The notes beneath the pieces were generated by a model that was not told the origin of the DNA, ran no database searches, and saw only the letters and a list, made by a program, of their open reading frames with translations. From assembly GCA_050012475.1 (NCBI GenBank), contig JBEKHC010000008.1:1-64000 (forward strand): a DNA stretch of 64,000 bases, written 5' to 3'. The DNA is from Candidatus Velthaea sp. (lineage in GTDB: Bacteria; Vulcanimicrobiota; Vulcanimicrobiia; Vulcanimicrobiales; Vulcanimicrobiaceae). Positions 27,150-36,645 of the stretch are shown in pieces. Every line of letters starts with the position of its first letter. Position 1 is the first letter of the stretch. The position numbers were made by a program, and so were the translations under genes.

Positions 27150-29678
27150 ATGACGCGCGCCCGTTGCAGATGGGCCTCGCTGCTCGTTGCGGCAGTGCTG
27201 ATATGCTTGCCATTCGCGGCCGATGCCGCCGCCGTGTATTACGCGGCTCCGGCCGGCGACCTGCCGGCCGCGCACCTGCGCAATGCGACCTTCGACGCCG
27301 TGCTGCCGTCCGGACGCATCGTCACGCCGCTGGGCACCAGCGTTGTCACTGGGATGAAGGCGTTGAGCGTTGCGCTGTCGCCCGACGGCCGTTTTGCCGT
27401 CGTGAGCAACGCCGACCCGCGCGGCGCCGGCGCGCCCAGCGCGGTCGACGCGCACATCTTCGGCGGTTATTCGCTGACCGTCGTCGACACGTCGACGATG
27501 CAGGTGACCGATCGCGTCGCGCTGCCCGGCGAAACGTATTTTGCCGGCATTGCGGCGGTTCACGATCCGCGCGAGGCGCGGCGCAGTTTGATCTTCGTGG
27601 CCGGCGGCGCAAGCGATGCGGTCTACGTTTTCGATCTCGGCGCGGACGGCCGGCTCACGCCCGACGCGGTGCACGTGGTGGCGATTGCCGGCCCGCTCGA
27701 CGCCGCACTCGGCGACTTCCGCCGAAGCGGCCCGGCAACGCTGATCGCGGCGGCTGACGGGCGGCACGTCTACGTCGTCAACGAAATCGGCGACAGCGTT
27801 ACGGCGATCGACACGTCGGCGCGTGCGGTGAACAGTCCGAGCCGTCCGGTCGGCTTTTTTCCGTTCGGCGCGGCCCTCGCGGGCGACCGTCTGTGGATTG
27901 CCAACGAGGGTCTCATGCAATCCTTGCGCGTGACCGATCCGCCCTTGGCACCGCCCTTCATGCCGACGCCCGACGATCCGCTGCATGCCTCGTCGCTTGC
28001 GTGGCTCGACCTCACGCCGCGCGGCGACCTGCGCGCGGGCGGAAGTTCCGACGCGACGGCGTTGGCGTTGGATCCCGTGCCGGACGGCCGGACGATCGTC
28101 GGCGGCGCGCATCCGTCGGCGGTTGCGGTCACCGCGGACGGCGCGTATGCGTTCGTTGCAATGGCGAACGTCGACCGCATCGCCACGATCGCCTTGGGCG
28201 AAGCGCCGCAGGCGGTCGGGGGCACCGAGTTGCGATTGTTCGACCGCGGCCCCTACGGCACGCAGCCGGTGGCGCTCGCTCTGTCACACGACGGCGCGCG
28301 GCTGTACGTCGCACTCGCGGGGCTCAATGCCGTCGCGGTGCTCGATGCGCGCGATCCGATCCATTTGCACCGGCTGGGCTTGCTTCCGACGGGGTGGTTT
28401 CCCACGTCATTGGCGCTCTCGGCGGACGATCGCACGCTGTATGTCGTCAATACGAAAGGCTTCGGACACGATAGCGGCTTTGCGGCGGATCCCGCGGGCG
28501 CGTCGGATGTATCGACGATTTGGTCGACGCTGCAAAAGATCGATGTCGCGTCGGCGACGCTGGCCGACACAACGCTCGCCGCGCTCAAGAATGCGCGCGA
28601 AGTCCGCCCGGCGGCGCCGCAGTATCCGCGCGCGCTGCACGACGTCGTGGTCCTCATCGAAGAGAAGAAATCGTTCGATGCGATGTTGGGCGATCTGGGG
28701 TACGGGCCAGCCGATTCGACCGACGTGCGCTTCGGCGCCGCGGTCACGCCGAATCTGCACGCGCTCGCGCACCGCTACGCGCTGGCCGGCAACTTTTTCG
28801 CCGACGCGGACGAAAGCGACGTCGCCCATCAGTTTCTTGCCGGCGGAACGGCGGCGGCGTTCTCCGAACGCACGCTCGCGGGCGAAAATCCGCAGGACTA
28901 TCCGCGCGCCGGATACATCTTCAACAGCCTCGACCGGCATCACCTCAGCTTCCGCGACTACGGCGACCTCGTCCGCACCACGGGTTACGACAACGGCGGG
29001 GCGGCCGATCCCGCCGTCGACGATCCCGCGTTCGCCGGAATCGACGACGTCGCCGCAGCGACGCATGGACTGGGCGGCCGCTACACGACGAACGTTCCGG
29101 CGCCCGCAGTTCTCGCCGGCCATGTCGATCTCGACTACCCGGGCTGGAATCTGCGCATTCGCGACGAACGCCGGGCGCGCGAGTTCGTTCGCGACTACGC
29201 GCTGCTCGTGCAGACCGGAGCCCAACCGCGGTATACGCACATCTGGTTGCCCGGCGATGCGACGGGCACGGGTCCCGACATCCCGATCGTCGAGGAAGAA
29301 GTCGCCGACGGCGACCGCGCGCTGGGCACGATCGTCCAGTACCTGAGCCGATTGCCGGCCTGGCGGCACATGGCGATTTTCATCGTCGCCGCCGATGCGC
29401 AGGGCTCGCGCGACCACGTCGATGCCGATCGCTGCTATGCCCTCGTAGTTTCGCCATACGCCAAACGGCACTATCTCGGGATGCGCCACCTGTCGACCGT
29501 CAGCGTGCTCAAGACGGCCGAGCAGATCCTCGGTCTCCCGCCCTTGGCTTTGGGCGATTTGCTGGCCACGGACATGAGCGACTTCTTCACCTCGCACCCC
29601 GATATGCGAAGCTTTCGCGCGATTCGCGGTCGCTTGCTCTCGGCCGGCGGACCGCGCCAACCGGAACCTTCGCCCTAA
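27150..29678 (+). CDS. Secreted YncE/YVTN beta-propeller + phosphoesterase-fold protein, catalytic motifs degenerate
   Basis: Signal peptide, LPSGRIVTP.G, propeller repeats, PTGWFP, VTPNLHALA, DHVD, VVSPYAK. Confidence 0.82.
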   Translation: MTRARCRWASLLVAAVLICLPFAADAAAVYYAAPAGDLPAAHLRNATFDAVLPSGRIVTPLGTSVVTGMKALSVALSPDGRFAVVSNADPRGAGAPSAVDAHIFGGYSLTVVDTSTMQVTDRVALPGETYFAGIAAVHDPREARRSLIFVAGGASDAVYVFDLGADGRLTPDAVHVVAIAGPLDAALGDFRRSGPATLIAAADGRHVYVVNEIGDSVTAIDTSARAVNSPSRPVGFFPFGAALAGDRLWIANEGLMQSLRVTDPPLAPPFMPTPDDPLHASSLAWLDLTPRGDLRAGGSSDATALALDPVPDGRTIVGGAHPSAVAVTADGAYAFVAMANVDRIATIALGEAPQAVGGTELRLFDRGPYGTQPVALALSHDGARLYVALAGLNAVAVLDARDPIHLHRLGLLPTGWFPTSLALSADDRTLYVVNTKGFGHDSGFAADPAGASDVSTIWSTLQKIDVASATLADTTLAALKNAREVRPAAPQYPRALHDVVVLIEEKKSFDAMLGDLGYGPADSTDVRFGAAVTPNLHALAHRYALAGNFFADADESDVAHQFLAGGTAAAFSERTLAGENPQDYPRAGYIFNSLDRHHLSFRDYGDLVRTTGYDNGGAADPAVDDPAFAGIDDVAAATHGLGGRYTTNVPAPAVLAGHVDLDYPGWNLRIRDERRAREFVRDYALLVQTGAQPRYTHIWLPGDATGTGPDIPIVEEEVADGDRALGTIVQYLSRLPAWRHMAIFIVAADAQGSRDHVDADRCYALVVSPYAKRHYLGMRHLSTVSVLKTAEQILGLPPLALGDLLATDMSDFFTSHPDMRSFRAIRGRLLSAGGPRQPEPSP

Positions 29679-29720
29679 CGACGAACCACACACCAAAACG
29701 CTCCTGCTCCGACCGAACGA

Positions 29721-30578
29721 ATGGAACCCGTGACGCCTAAGCTCTTTGACGCACCATTTGTTAGCCACGACGCCGGCGTTCTCGCCGGCGCCGTCATGTT
29801 ACGTCCGTCGACTCGGGTCGACCGGCTCGTGCCGATCCAGGGTGAGCCCAGCCCAATCGGCGAGCGCGCGATCGAGCAGCACGCGATCTTGGTCCGTACG
29901 CTGCGGGATCGCGGGGTGGCGGTGACCGTCCTGGAACCGGTGCTGGAATCGCCGGGCGAATCGCTCGTCGGCGATCTGGCGATCGTTCTGCCGCAAGGAG
30001 CGATCCTTACGCGCCCAGCACCGGTCGAACGCCGAGCGGAAACGGCGGCCCTCGAAAGCGCGCTCGGTCAGCTCGGAATCCCGGTCGTGGGACGGATCAC
30101 CGCACCCGGATTGCTCGATGCCGGCGACATCGCCGTCGGCGGCGAAACCCTGTATGTCGGCGTGCCGCGCGCGGGCGCCGGCTTACGGGCTCGCTCGAAT
30201 GCCTTCGGGCGCTCGCAATTGGGCGCACTGGCCGCGGCGCAAGGACTGCGCATGCTCGAAATCGCGCTGGCGCCGGCCGTCTTGCGGCTGCGCAACGTGT
30301 TCGGCTTCGTTGCGCGCGACACGGTCGTCGTCGCACCAGGGCGCGTCGATACGAGCGCGCTGGCCGGGCTGCAGCTCATCGAACTGCCGCTGGGCGAAGA
30401 ATACGCCGCAGGGATCCTGGCACTGGGCGAGCGGCGCGTGATTGCGAACTTGCGTTTTCGGGAAAGCCTCGCGCAGTTGCGGAAAGCGAAAATCGGAGTC
30501 GAAGCGATCGACCTATGGGAGTTCGGAAAAGCCGGCGCGGGCCCGTTTTCGCTCGTGCTGGCAACGAAACGGCGCTAG
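29721..30578 (+). CDS. DDAH/amidinotransferase (pentein) fold protein lacking catalytic Cys/His
   Basis: A.EQH...V.TL...GV.V, RRAE, PGLLDAGDI, RSN..G..QL, EFGKAGAG; no Cys in the protein. Confidence 0.8.
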   Translation: MEPVTPKLFDAPFVSHDAGVLAGAVMLRPSTRVDRLVPIQGEPSPIGERAIEQHAILVRTLRDRGVAVTVLEPVLESPGESLVGDLAIVLPQGAILTRPAPVERRAETAALESALGQLGIPVVGRITAPGLLDAGDIAVGGETLYVGVPRAGAGLRARSNAFGRSQLGALAAAQGLRMLEIALAPAVLRLRNVFGFVARDTVVVAPGRVDTSALAGLQLIELPLGEEYAAGILALGERRVIANLRFRESLAQLRKAKIGVEAIDLWEFGKAGAGPFSLVLATKRR

Positions 30579-30641
30579 TGCGCCTCGCCATTCGCCCGGC
30601 GCAACCCGGCCGCGCCGCGGCCCGCAGGACAACGTAGCCCG

Positions 30642-31361
30642 TTGCGCATTGCGATCGTTTCCGATATCCACGGAAATATCGTCGGTCTGGATGCTTGCCT
30701 CGCGGACCTCGCGGATCAAGGCGGCGCCGATCATGTCGTCGCCGCCGGTGATTTGTGCATGGACGGGCCGAAGCCCAAGGCGGTGCTCAAACGGCTCGAG
30801 CGCATCGGCGCGCACTGCGTGCGCGGCAATACCGACCGCTATATCGCCGAAGGCGACGACGATCCGCGGGACACGTCGATGATCCGCTGGCAGCGCGAGC
30901 AAATCGGCGCCGAGTGGACGCGCCGGCTGGGTGAGTTGCCGACGCAATTGCGTTTCGGGCCGGCGGACAACGCGTTGCTCGTCACCCACGCCAATCCCAA
31001 GAACGACGAAGAACACGTGTGGCCCGACGCTGCCGACGAGCAACTCGAGCGGCTATTCGGCGATGTCGGCGCGCAGGTCTTCGCCTTCGGTCACTTGCAC
31101 GTTCCCTACGCGCGGATGTGGCGTAACAAACTGTTGGCCTGCGTGGCTTCGGCGGGGCTGCCCAAAGACGGCGATCCACGAGCGCACTACGCGATCTTCA
31201 CGCTGCGCTCGGGCGGCTGGCAACATAAGTCGCGCCGGGTTGCTTTCGACGTCGATAAAGTCGCCCGCCAACTCGTGCGGAGCGGCATTCCGAACGTCGA
31301 ACGCTGCCTGAACGTGCTTCGGCGTCACCGGTACAAGGCGATCGCGCGCGTCATACCGTGA
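30642..31361 (+). CDS. Metallophosphoesterase (YfcE-like calcineurin fold)
   Basis: SDIHGN, GDLCMDGP, VRGNTD, THA, FGHLHVP. Confidence 0.92.
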   Translation: MRIAIVSDIHGNIVGLDACLADLADQGGADHVVAAGDLCMDGPKPKAVLKRLERIGAHCVRGNTDRYIAEGDDDPRDTSMIRWQREQIGAEWTRRLGELPTQLRFGPADNALLVTHANPKNDEEHVWPDAADEQLERLFGDVGAQVFAFGHLHVPYARMWRNKLLACVASAGLPKDGDPRAHYAIFTLRSGGWQHKSRRVAFDVDKVARQLVRSGIPNVERCLNVLRRHRYKAIARVIP

Positions 31362-32077
31362 CGGCGCCGGCGATTCGTATCGAGCGGCTGGTCAAACGAT
31401 ACGGCGATTTCACGGCCGTCGACGTCATCTCATTCGACGTGGAAGAAGGGACATTTTTCGGTCTGCTCGGACCCAACGGCGCGGGGAAGACGACGACGAT
31501 CAACGCCATCGTCGGTCTGACGTCGATAACCTCGGGCTCGATCGCTCTGTTCGGGCACGATGTCGTACGCGATTGGCGCGCGGCCCGCGTAACGGTGGGC
31601 TTGGCACCCCAAGAGTATAATTTCGACCGCTATCTCAATATCCGCGACGTGCTCATCTATCAGGCGGGGTACTACGGCTTCGCCGGACCGGCCGTGCGCC
31701 AGCGCGCCGACGAGCTGCTCGAACGTTTCGATCTCACCAGCAAGGCCAAGCAGGTCTACATGCGGCTCTCGGGCGGGATGAAGCGCCGGCTGACGCTGGC
31801 GCGCGCGCTCATCCATCAACCGCGGCTGCTGATCCTGGACGAGCCGACGGCCGGCGTCGACGTGGAGCTGCGGCTGGAATTGTGGGCTTTTTTGCGCGAA
31901 CTCAACGCCGGCGGGACGACCATCGTCCTGACCACGCACTACCTCGAGGAAGCGCAAGAACTGTGCGACCGGATCGGGATCATCGAGACCGGCAAGCTCG
32001 TCGCGCTGGAATCGACGAGCGTGCTGATCGGGAATCGCAGCCTGCAAGACGTGTTCTTGGAGCTGACCCGCCGATGA
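31358..32077 (+). CDS. ABC-2 transporter ATP-binding protein (YadG-like)
   Basis: GPNGAGKTT, LSGGMKRR, LILDEPTAGVD, TTHYLEEA. Confidence 0.95.
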   Translation: MTAPAIRIERLVKRYGDFTAVDVISFDVEEGTFFGLLGPNGAGKTTTINAIVGLTSITSGSIALFGHDVVRDWRAARVTVGLAPQEYNFDRYLNIRDVLIYQAGYYGFAGPAVRQRADELLERFDLTSKAKQVYMRLSGGMKRRLTLARALIHQPRLLILDEPTAGVDVELRLELWAFLRELNAGGTTIVLTTHYLEEAQELCDRIGIIETGKLVALESTSVLIGNRSLQDVFLELTRR

Positions 32078-32835
32078 ACTGGATCGGCTTGCAGACGCTC
32101 ATCAAGCGCGAAATCGTGCGCACGTTCTCGATCATCAATCAGGTGATCTGGCCGCCGGTGATCACGACGCTGCTCTACGTTTTCGTTTTCGGCTTGGCGC
32201 TGGGCAGCCGAATCAAGCAGATTCAAGGCGTGCCGTACGCGACGTTCCTCATTCCTGGACTCATCATGTTGCAGGTGATCGACGGAGCGTACGGCGAGAG
32301 TTCGAGCTCGGTCTTTCAAGGCCGGTTCATGCAATCGATTCAGGAACTGCTGATCGCCCCGTTGTCCGCGCTCGAGATCGTCGGCGGCTACGTGGTCTCC
32401 GGGGTGCTGCGCGCGCTGTTCATCGCTGCGCTCATCACCGTGCTGGGCATCGTCCTCGTGCACACCGCGCCGATCAATTGGGGACTCTATCTGCTCGTGC
32501 TCGTGCTCGTGGCGATCCTGTTTTCAGCGTTGGGCATCATCTTCGGGCTGCTGGCGGAAAAATTCGATCACATCGCGACGCTGACGACGTTCGCGATCAC
32601 GCCGCTGGTTTTTGTCGGCGGCGTGTTCACGTCGATCGCGTTTCTGCCGCCGCTTTTTCAGCGGATTTCGCTCTTCAACCCGATGTTTCATATGATCGAT
32701 GCGTTCCGGTTCAGTTACACCGGCCGCGGCGACGTGCCGCTGGCGCTCTCGCTGAGCGTCGTCGCGGCGCTGGCTGCCGTTTCGCTCGGTATCGCGTTCA
32801 CGATGGCCGCGCGCGGCTACAAACTGCGCACCTAG
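32074..32835 (+). CDS. ABC-2 transporter permease (YadH-like)
   Basis: LIKREIVR, YATFLIPGLIM, PLVFVGGVF, FNPMFHMIDAFR. Confidence 0.93.
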   Translation: MNWIGLQTLIKREIVRTFSIINQVIWPPVITTLLYVFVFGLALGSRIKQIQGVPYATFLIPGLIMLQVIDGAYGESSSSVFQGRFMQSIQELLIAPLSALEIVGGYVVSGVLRALFIAALITVLGIVLVHTAPINWGLYLLVLVLVAILFSALGIIFGLLAEKFDHIATLTTFAITPLVFVGGVFTSIAFLPPLFQRISLFNPMFHMIDAFRFSYTGRGDVPLALSLSVVAALAAVSLGIAFTMAARGYKLRT

Positions 32836-32836
32836 T

Positions 32837-32877
32837 GGATCGACTTCGTCGATCCTTCGCGTTCGAGCTTCGCTCGA
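32837..32877. repeat. Tandem TTC-loop hairpins after the ABC operon (REP- or terminator-like)
   Basis: GGATCGAC-TTC-GTCGATCC and TCGAGC-TTC-GCTCGA. Confidence 0.55.
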
Positions 32878-32964
32878 GCCGGGGCGGCCCTTGGTCACCG
32901 CTGCCGAGCATCCGTTTGTACTGTCGCTCGGTCGCTCTCCAGAAAAACACAAAGCAACATCGGC

Positions 32965-32977
32965 CGAACATGCGTTT
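32965..32977. promoter_or_regulatory. Candidate Gram-positive-type LexA (SOS) box CGAACATGCGTTT
   Basis: Fits CGAAC-RNRY-GTTY; lies in an AT-rich intergenic region about 130 nt upstream of 33107. Confidence 0.4.
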
Positions 32978-33106
32978 AAGCAGCCGTTCGCAGACTTCTT
33001 TTTGGGATCGAGACTGTTTGCGCAACTAATTTACAAACGCCAATCTTTTAAAAATTGCGACGTCTTTCCCAAGGCGATTCGAGCGACACGGTAAAACAAC
33101 GACTGC

Positions 33107-33385
33107 GTGCCGAGTATAGAACGTATCGCCGCCGAGATCGAGAAGTTCGAGGGCTTCGCCGTCCGCATCCGGCCGGCAGCCAAAACGCAGCCTGCAAAGA
33201 AGAACCTGCGGAGCTATGCTCGCAGCCACGAGCGTATCGCGCGCGAGTCGTTCAGCGTGGCGGACTGGAAGCGCAGGCGCTTCGATGCGGTCTATCCCGA
33301 ATACGAAGTCGACGTCCTGTTCGGCGATGGCCGAACGGCGGCTCCGCGCACGCTGCTCTCGAAGATTCGCGCGTCGTACGAGTAA
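33107..33385 (+). CDS. Small hypothetical protein, 92 aa
   Basis: EGFAVRI...SVADW...RF...YPEYEVDVL.GDG....TLLS.IR.SY pattern looks like a real small globular family; convergent with the next gene. Confidence 0.7.
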   Translation: MPSIERIAAEIEKFEGFAVRIRPAAKTQPAKKNLRSYARSHERIARESFSVADWKRRRFDAVYPEYEVDVLFGDGRTAAPRTLLSKIRASYE

Positions 33386-33406
33386 TACCAAAGTTTCGGG
33401 CGCACG

Positions 33407-34225
33407 TTAAAAGAACGGATTGTGGGCTTTTTCCTCGGCGATCGTTGAGGGCGGTCCGTGGCCAGGCATGAGCACCGTTGCGTCGTCGAGCGTGAAAAGC
33501 TTGAATGTGACGCTGTCCAAAATGTCGGCGTAGGTCGATATGTCGCCGTACGCGCCGCCGACACTGCCGGCGAAGAGCGTATCGCCGGTAAAGAGCGTCG
33601 AGCGGAACAAGAAACATGAGCTGCCGTCCGTGTGACCGGGCGTGTGCAGCATGCGAATCGTGGCGGCGTCCCCGAACGGGAGTTCGTCGCCGTCGACGAT
33701 CGGCAGCGCGCGTTTGGCTAGGCCGCCGATGGCGGGCGCATCCGACGCATGCATGACGATCTCTGCGTCGGGATAGGCTAACGCGACGTCGGCGGTGGCG
33801 TCGCAGTGATCCGCATGTTTGTGGGTGATCAAAATATAACGCAGCGTATACGGCCCGGCTGCCACGGCGCGCAACAGCGGAGCGGGCAAGCCGGCGGGAT
33901 CGATGAGGGCCGCCGTTTTGCCGTCGTCCAGAAAGAAGAGATAGCCGTTGGACGGGTGCGGATCGTGCGGATGATGGCGCACGTTCGGCGGTAATGCGAT
34001 CTGCGGTTCCCATGCTCCCGCAGCCCGGTCGGCGAGCTTGCCGGGGTCCAAACGCAGCGGAACGGCCAGTGCTCGCGCTTGGTCGGCCGACGGAACGCCC
34101 GCGCCGCTGAGCCAGGCTTCGATCGCTGCGGCGTCGATGCCCGTAATGTGGGCGAGCGCCGGTGTTGCGATGTGCATCCCGCGCTGCGCTTTGCGCAAGA
34201 CGTCGGAAAAATCGTCTTCGAGCAT
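33407..34225 (-). CDS. MBL-fold metallo-hydrolase with N-terminal HTH-like domain
   Basis: THKHADH, TPGHTDG, FTGDTLF, PGHGP; N-terminal EDDFSDVLRKAQRG..LA..TGI XRE-like segment. Confidence 0.9.
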   Translation of the reverse strand: MLEDDFSDVLRKAQRGMHIATPALAHITGIDAAAIEAWLSGAGVPSADQARALAVPLRLDPGKLADRAAGAWEPQIALPPNVRHHPHDPHPSNGYLFFLDDGKTAALIDPAGLPAPLLRAVAAGPYTLRYILITHKHADHCDATADVALAYPDAEIVMHASDAPAIGGLAKRALPIVDGDELPFGDAATIRMLHTPGHTDGSSCFLFRSTLFTGDTLFAGSVGGAYGDISTYADILDSVTFKLFTLDDATVLMPGHGPPSTIAEEKAHNPFF

Positions 34226-34235
34226 GTCCGCGGAC

Positions 34236-35567
34236 TTACGGGTTGCCGGGCAACCTCCCTGGTACGAGCCGGCGCGGGCGCGGCAGACGAAAAAACGACT
34301 GCAACCCGACGGCCAAAACGGCGATGTTCGCGAGCGCGCACAAATGCACCATGACCGGCGCAAACTCGTACGGATCGATCCCGTTCGGTTTGTCTGATTC
34401 CAGCCACATGTACGTGAGCGAGTATTCGAGGTTGAGCCACTGGGTAAGCGTCAGCGCGACGGCGCTCCAGAGATACTCCCGCCCAAGCGCCGCGAGCGGG
34501 CAGACGAAGGCCAGCGCATAGATGAGATAACGTTCGTGCATCTCGGTGAGCACCACGAAGAAGGCCAGCATGAGCAGAAAACACGCTTCGAGCAACGCGT
34601 GCTCGGCGCGCCGGCGTGCATAGCGCCAAGAGATCAAGCCCGCGAGCGCGACGAACGCCGCGTCTGCCCAGTATTTGACCGGCACGAACAGCAGCGGCCG
34701 CGTGTCGGCGGCAAAGAAGTCGCCGAAGAGCGCATACACGTTGAACGCGTTCGCCGACGTATACGGGTAGAGTGATGAACCGATCGTGTACCACCCGAAC
34801 ATCCGCGCGTACACGCCGGCCAGCGATTTGTCGGTGTAGAACGGTGCCGCGATGAGATACCCGAGCACGAATGCACCCGCGATGCCCGCCGCTGTCCCCA
34901 GCAGCGCGCGCCGCCGGCCGTTCGCGCCCGCCGCCGTCCACGCTTCGATGACGAACAACGGCGCAAGCACGACGACCGGCGGCTTATTGAGGACGGCAAA
35001 CGCCAACACGATCCATGCGGCGGTCCGCTTGCCGCTCAGCACGCACCATACGGCTGCCAGTGCGCTGACGCTGGTGATCGAATCGTTTTGGCCCCATAGG
35101 CTCGAGTCGTACACGATCGCCGGGTTGAACGCGTAGATGGCGGCCGCCATGAGCGCGCGCCGCGGATCGGCGAAGCGTCCGGCGATTGCGAAGACGACCA
35201 CGCTGCCGAGGGCGTCGAAGAGCAGATTGGGCATCTTGAGCGCGATGCGCAGGCTCAAGTCGTCGTGCAGACCCAGGGCGCGGTAGGTGCGCCCGATCGC
35301 CTCGAAGACCAGCAGCGCGCCCGGCGGATAATTCGCGTTGGTCACTTCGTACGCGCGGTCCCACGGGTTGTCTGCCGCCGTTAGCGCCCATTCCCCGAAT
35401 GTCCGCAAATCGACGACGTGTCCGGGATCGCCGACGAAGAGCAGGCGCAGCGCGAGGCCGCCCAACGTTATCAGAACGATGCCGCGCCAATGGGTTGCAC
35501 GCACTTCGGTCGGCAGTACGACGGCGCGTGTCCGGCTTCTTGTCGTCGGGGTGGCGGGAGGTGCCAC
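34236..35567 (-). CDS. GT-C membrane glycosyltransferase (mannosyltransferase-like)
   Basis: NYPP, LKMPNLLFD, FNPAIVYDSSLWGQNDS, MHERY. Confidence 0.85.
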   Translation of the reverse strand: MAPPATPTTRSRTRAVVLPTEVRATHWRGIVLITLGGLALRLLFVGDPGHVVDLRTFGEWALTAADNPWDRAYEVTNANYPPGALLVFEAIGRTYRALGLHDDLSLRIALKMPNLLFDALGSVVVFAIAGRFADPRRALMAAAIYAFNPAIVYDSSLWGQNDSITSVSALAAVWCVLSGKRTAAWIVLAFAVLNKPPVVVLAPLFVIEAWTAAGANGRRRALLGTAAGIAGAFVLGYLIAAPFYTDKSLAGVYARMFGWYTIGSSLYPYTSANAFNVYALFGDFFAADTRPLLFVPVKYWADAAFVALAGLISWRYARRRAEHALLEACFLLMLAFFVVLTEMHERYLIYALAFVCPLAALGREYLWSAVALTLTQWLNLEYSLTYMWLESDKPNGIDPYEFAPVMVHLCALANIAVLAVGLQSFFRLPRPRRLVPGRLPGNP

Positions 35568-35602
35568 CCGGAGCCCGCCGGCAGGTGTTGAAAGGGGTGC
35601 GA

Positions 35603-36583
35603 ATGTCGAATTCTCATGCCAAAGTCATCATCATCGGGTCCGGCCCGGCCGGGCTGACCGCCGCGATCTATGCCGCCCGGGGTAACCTCGCGCCGGTGGT
35701 TTTCGCCGGTCATATGTACGGCGGGCAGCTGATGTTCACGACCGAGGTCGAGAATTATCCGGGGTTTCCCGGCGGGATCATGGGCCCCGAACTCATGGAA
35801 AACTTTCGTGCGCAGGCCGAACGTTTCGGCGCGGTCGTGCACAATGTCGACGTCACGGACGTCGATTTTTCAGCGCGGCCGTTTCGCGTTCGCAGTGCCG
35901 ACCACGAGTACACCGCCGATTCCATCGTGTTGGCGACCGGCGCGAGCGCCCGCTGGCTGAATATCCCCGGCGAAGCGCGGCTGCGCGGCCGCGGTGTGTC
36001 GACGTGCGCAACTTGCGACGGAGCGTTTTTTCGCGATAAAGAGATCGTCGTCGTCGGCGGCGGGGATTCGGCGATGGAAGAAGCGACGTTTCTCACGCGC
36101 TTCGCGCGGCGCGTCACGCTCGTCCATCGCAAATCCCGGTTTCGTGCCAGCAAGATCATGGTCGAACGAGCTTTGGCGCATCCCAAGATCAGCGTCATCT
36201 GGGACAGCATCGTCGTCGACGTACTCGGCGACGATCACGTTCGGGCGCTGACGCTGCGCAACGTTGAAACCAACGTGACCACGATCTTCCCGGCCGATGC
36301 GCTCTTCATTGCGATCGGTCACGATCCCAACACGCAGATCTTCGCGGGGCAAATCGATCTCGACGACCACGGCTACATCCGCTCGTCCGACGGCGTCACG
36401 ACGAATGTTGCGGGTGTCTTCGTCGCCGGCGACGTCTTCGATATCCGCTATAAGCAGGCGATCACCGCGGCGGGCTCGGGCTGCAAGGCTGCGCTCGAAG
36501 CGGAAAAATACCTCGAAGCGCTCCCCGAGCAGCACGGGCAGCATCCGCAGCACGCGGATCCGGCAAAAGCCGTGCCGGTCTAA
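35603..36583 (+). CDS. trxB: Thioredoxin-disulfide reductase
   Basis: IIGSGPAG, VENYPG, CATCDG, VGGGDSAMEEA, QAITAAGSGC. Confidence 0.97.
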   Translation: MSNSHAKVIIIGSGPAGLTAAIYAARGNLAPVVFAGHMYGGQLMFTTEVENYPGFPGGIMGPELMENFRAQAERFGAVVHNVDVTDVDFSARPFRVRSADHEYTADSIVLATGASARWLNIPGEARLRGRGVSTCATCDGAFFRDKEIVVVGGGDSAMEEATFLTRFARRVTLVHRKSRFRASKIMVERALAHPKISVIWDSIVVDVLGDDHVRALTLRNVETNVTTIFPADALFIAIGHDPNTQIFAGQIDLDDHGYIRSSDGVTTNVAGVFVAGDVFDIRYKQAITAAGSGCKAALEAEKYLEALPEQHGQHPQHADPAKAVPV

Positions 36584-36584
36584 G

Positions 36585-36615
36585 CAATCGGGTCCGACAT
36601 CGTCGGACCCGATTG
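36585..36615. terminator. 14-bp hairpin between convergent genes
   Basis: CAATCGGGTCCGAC-ATC-GTCGGACCCGATTG. Confidence 0.6.
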
Positions 36616-36645
36616 ATCTGCGAGGCGGCGGGTGCGCCCGCTGCG

